Virus record (IMG/VR): IMGVR_UViG_3300023180_005138
Coordinates: 1 to 64,000 of that record
From: a virus
Length of the DNA stretch: 64,000 nt
Direction: 5' to 3' (one strand)
Shown here: positions 63,766 through 64,000 of the stretch, one piece after another
Numbering within the stretch: position 1 is the first letter of the stretch
Layout of the letters: every line of letters starts with the position of its first letter
The notes under the pieces: model-generated
The model's database searches: none
Seen by the model: only the letters and a program-made list of their open reading frames with translations
Told to the model about the DNA's origin: nothing
Made by a program: the position numbers and the translations under genes

Positions 63766-64000
63766 GTAAAAATATTATATGGTCAAAAGACGATTGCATT
63801 TTTTGTCAAAAAGCAAAGTATGAATTAGAGTCAAGAAGCATTCCTTATGAAGAAAGAAAATTAGGAGATGGTTGGACAAAAGAACAGTTACTAGAAATAG
63901 TGCCGGATGCTAAAACTGTACCTCAAATATTCATGTGGGGTAAATATGTAGGAGGGTATACAGACCTACAAAATTACATTGAGAATCATGGAATGAACGT
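63762..64000 (+). CDS. Glutaredoxin (partial, runs off window end)
   Basis: Hand translation MSKNIIWSKDDCIFCQKAK...TVPQIF..GKYVGGYTDL; CxxC and TVPQIF motifs. Confidence 0.92.
   Translation, partial: MSKNIIWSKDDCIFCQKAKYELESRSIPYEERKLGDGWTKEQLLEIVPDAKTVPQIFMWGKYVGGYTDLQNYIENHGMN

Noticed and set aside
1-64000. tRNA genes
   Set aside because: No GGTTCRA T-loop cloverleaf noticed by eye other than the tmRNA tRNA-like domain; tRNAscan-SE would be decisive

Overview
The window is part of an AT-rich lytic phage genome. It has a T5-like (Demerecviridae-like) replication core in T5 gene order: PC4-like, D3-like, NAD ligase, D5, D6 helicase, primase, family A polymerase, D10, D11, D12, D13, then nrdA, nrdB and glutaredoxin. 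The host is probably a marine alphaproteobacterium, inferred from a two-piece permuted tmRNA with an ANDN...ALAA tag. Transcription diverges at about 18.03-18.12 kb. The left arm (minus strand) carries small early-type genes, a nitronate monooxygenase-like enzyme, DsbA-like, Fpg/Nei, Hsp20, an exonuclease and a DegT + PP-loop pair. It continues with a GH108 endolysin/spanin lysis cassette that runs directly into csgF, csgG, curlin, FecR, curlin, an autotransporter-like protein and a CHASE2 sensor cut by the window edge. The right arm (plus strand) carries a second PP-loop + DegT pair, radical SAM enzymes, bS21, purS, tmRNA and an aminosugar/glycosyltransferase cluster, followed by the replication core with auxiliary genes inserted (UvsE, PDF, pyrB, purT, dCMP deaminase, PiT-like transporter). 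The top leads are: (1) a 42-aa ORF nested exactly in the paired intervening loop of the permuted tmRNA; (2) a 160-bp intergenic element whose minus strand forms several C-GNA-G/C-GAAA-G hairpins behind its own promoter, back-to-back with (3) a three-repeat Pho box driving a dCMP deaminase-PiT operon; (4) the curli-FecR-autotransporter-CHASE2 module behind the lysis genes; (5) a duplicated PP-loop/DegT pair; (6) a ROSE-like thermometer on hsp20. All calls come from motif recognition by eye; no database searches or folding programs were run.
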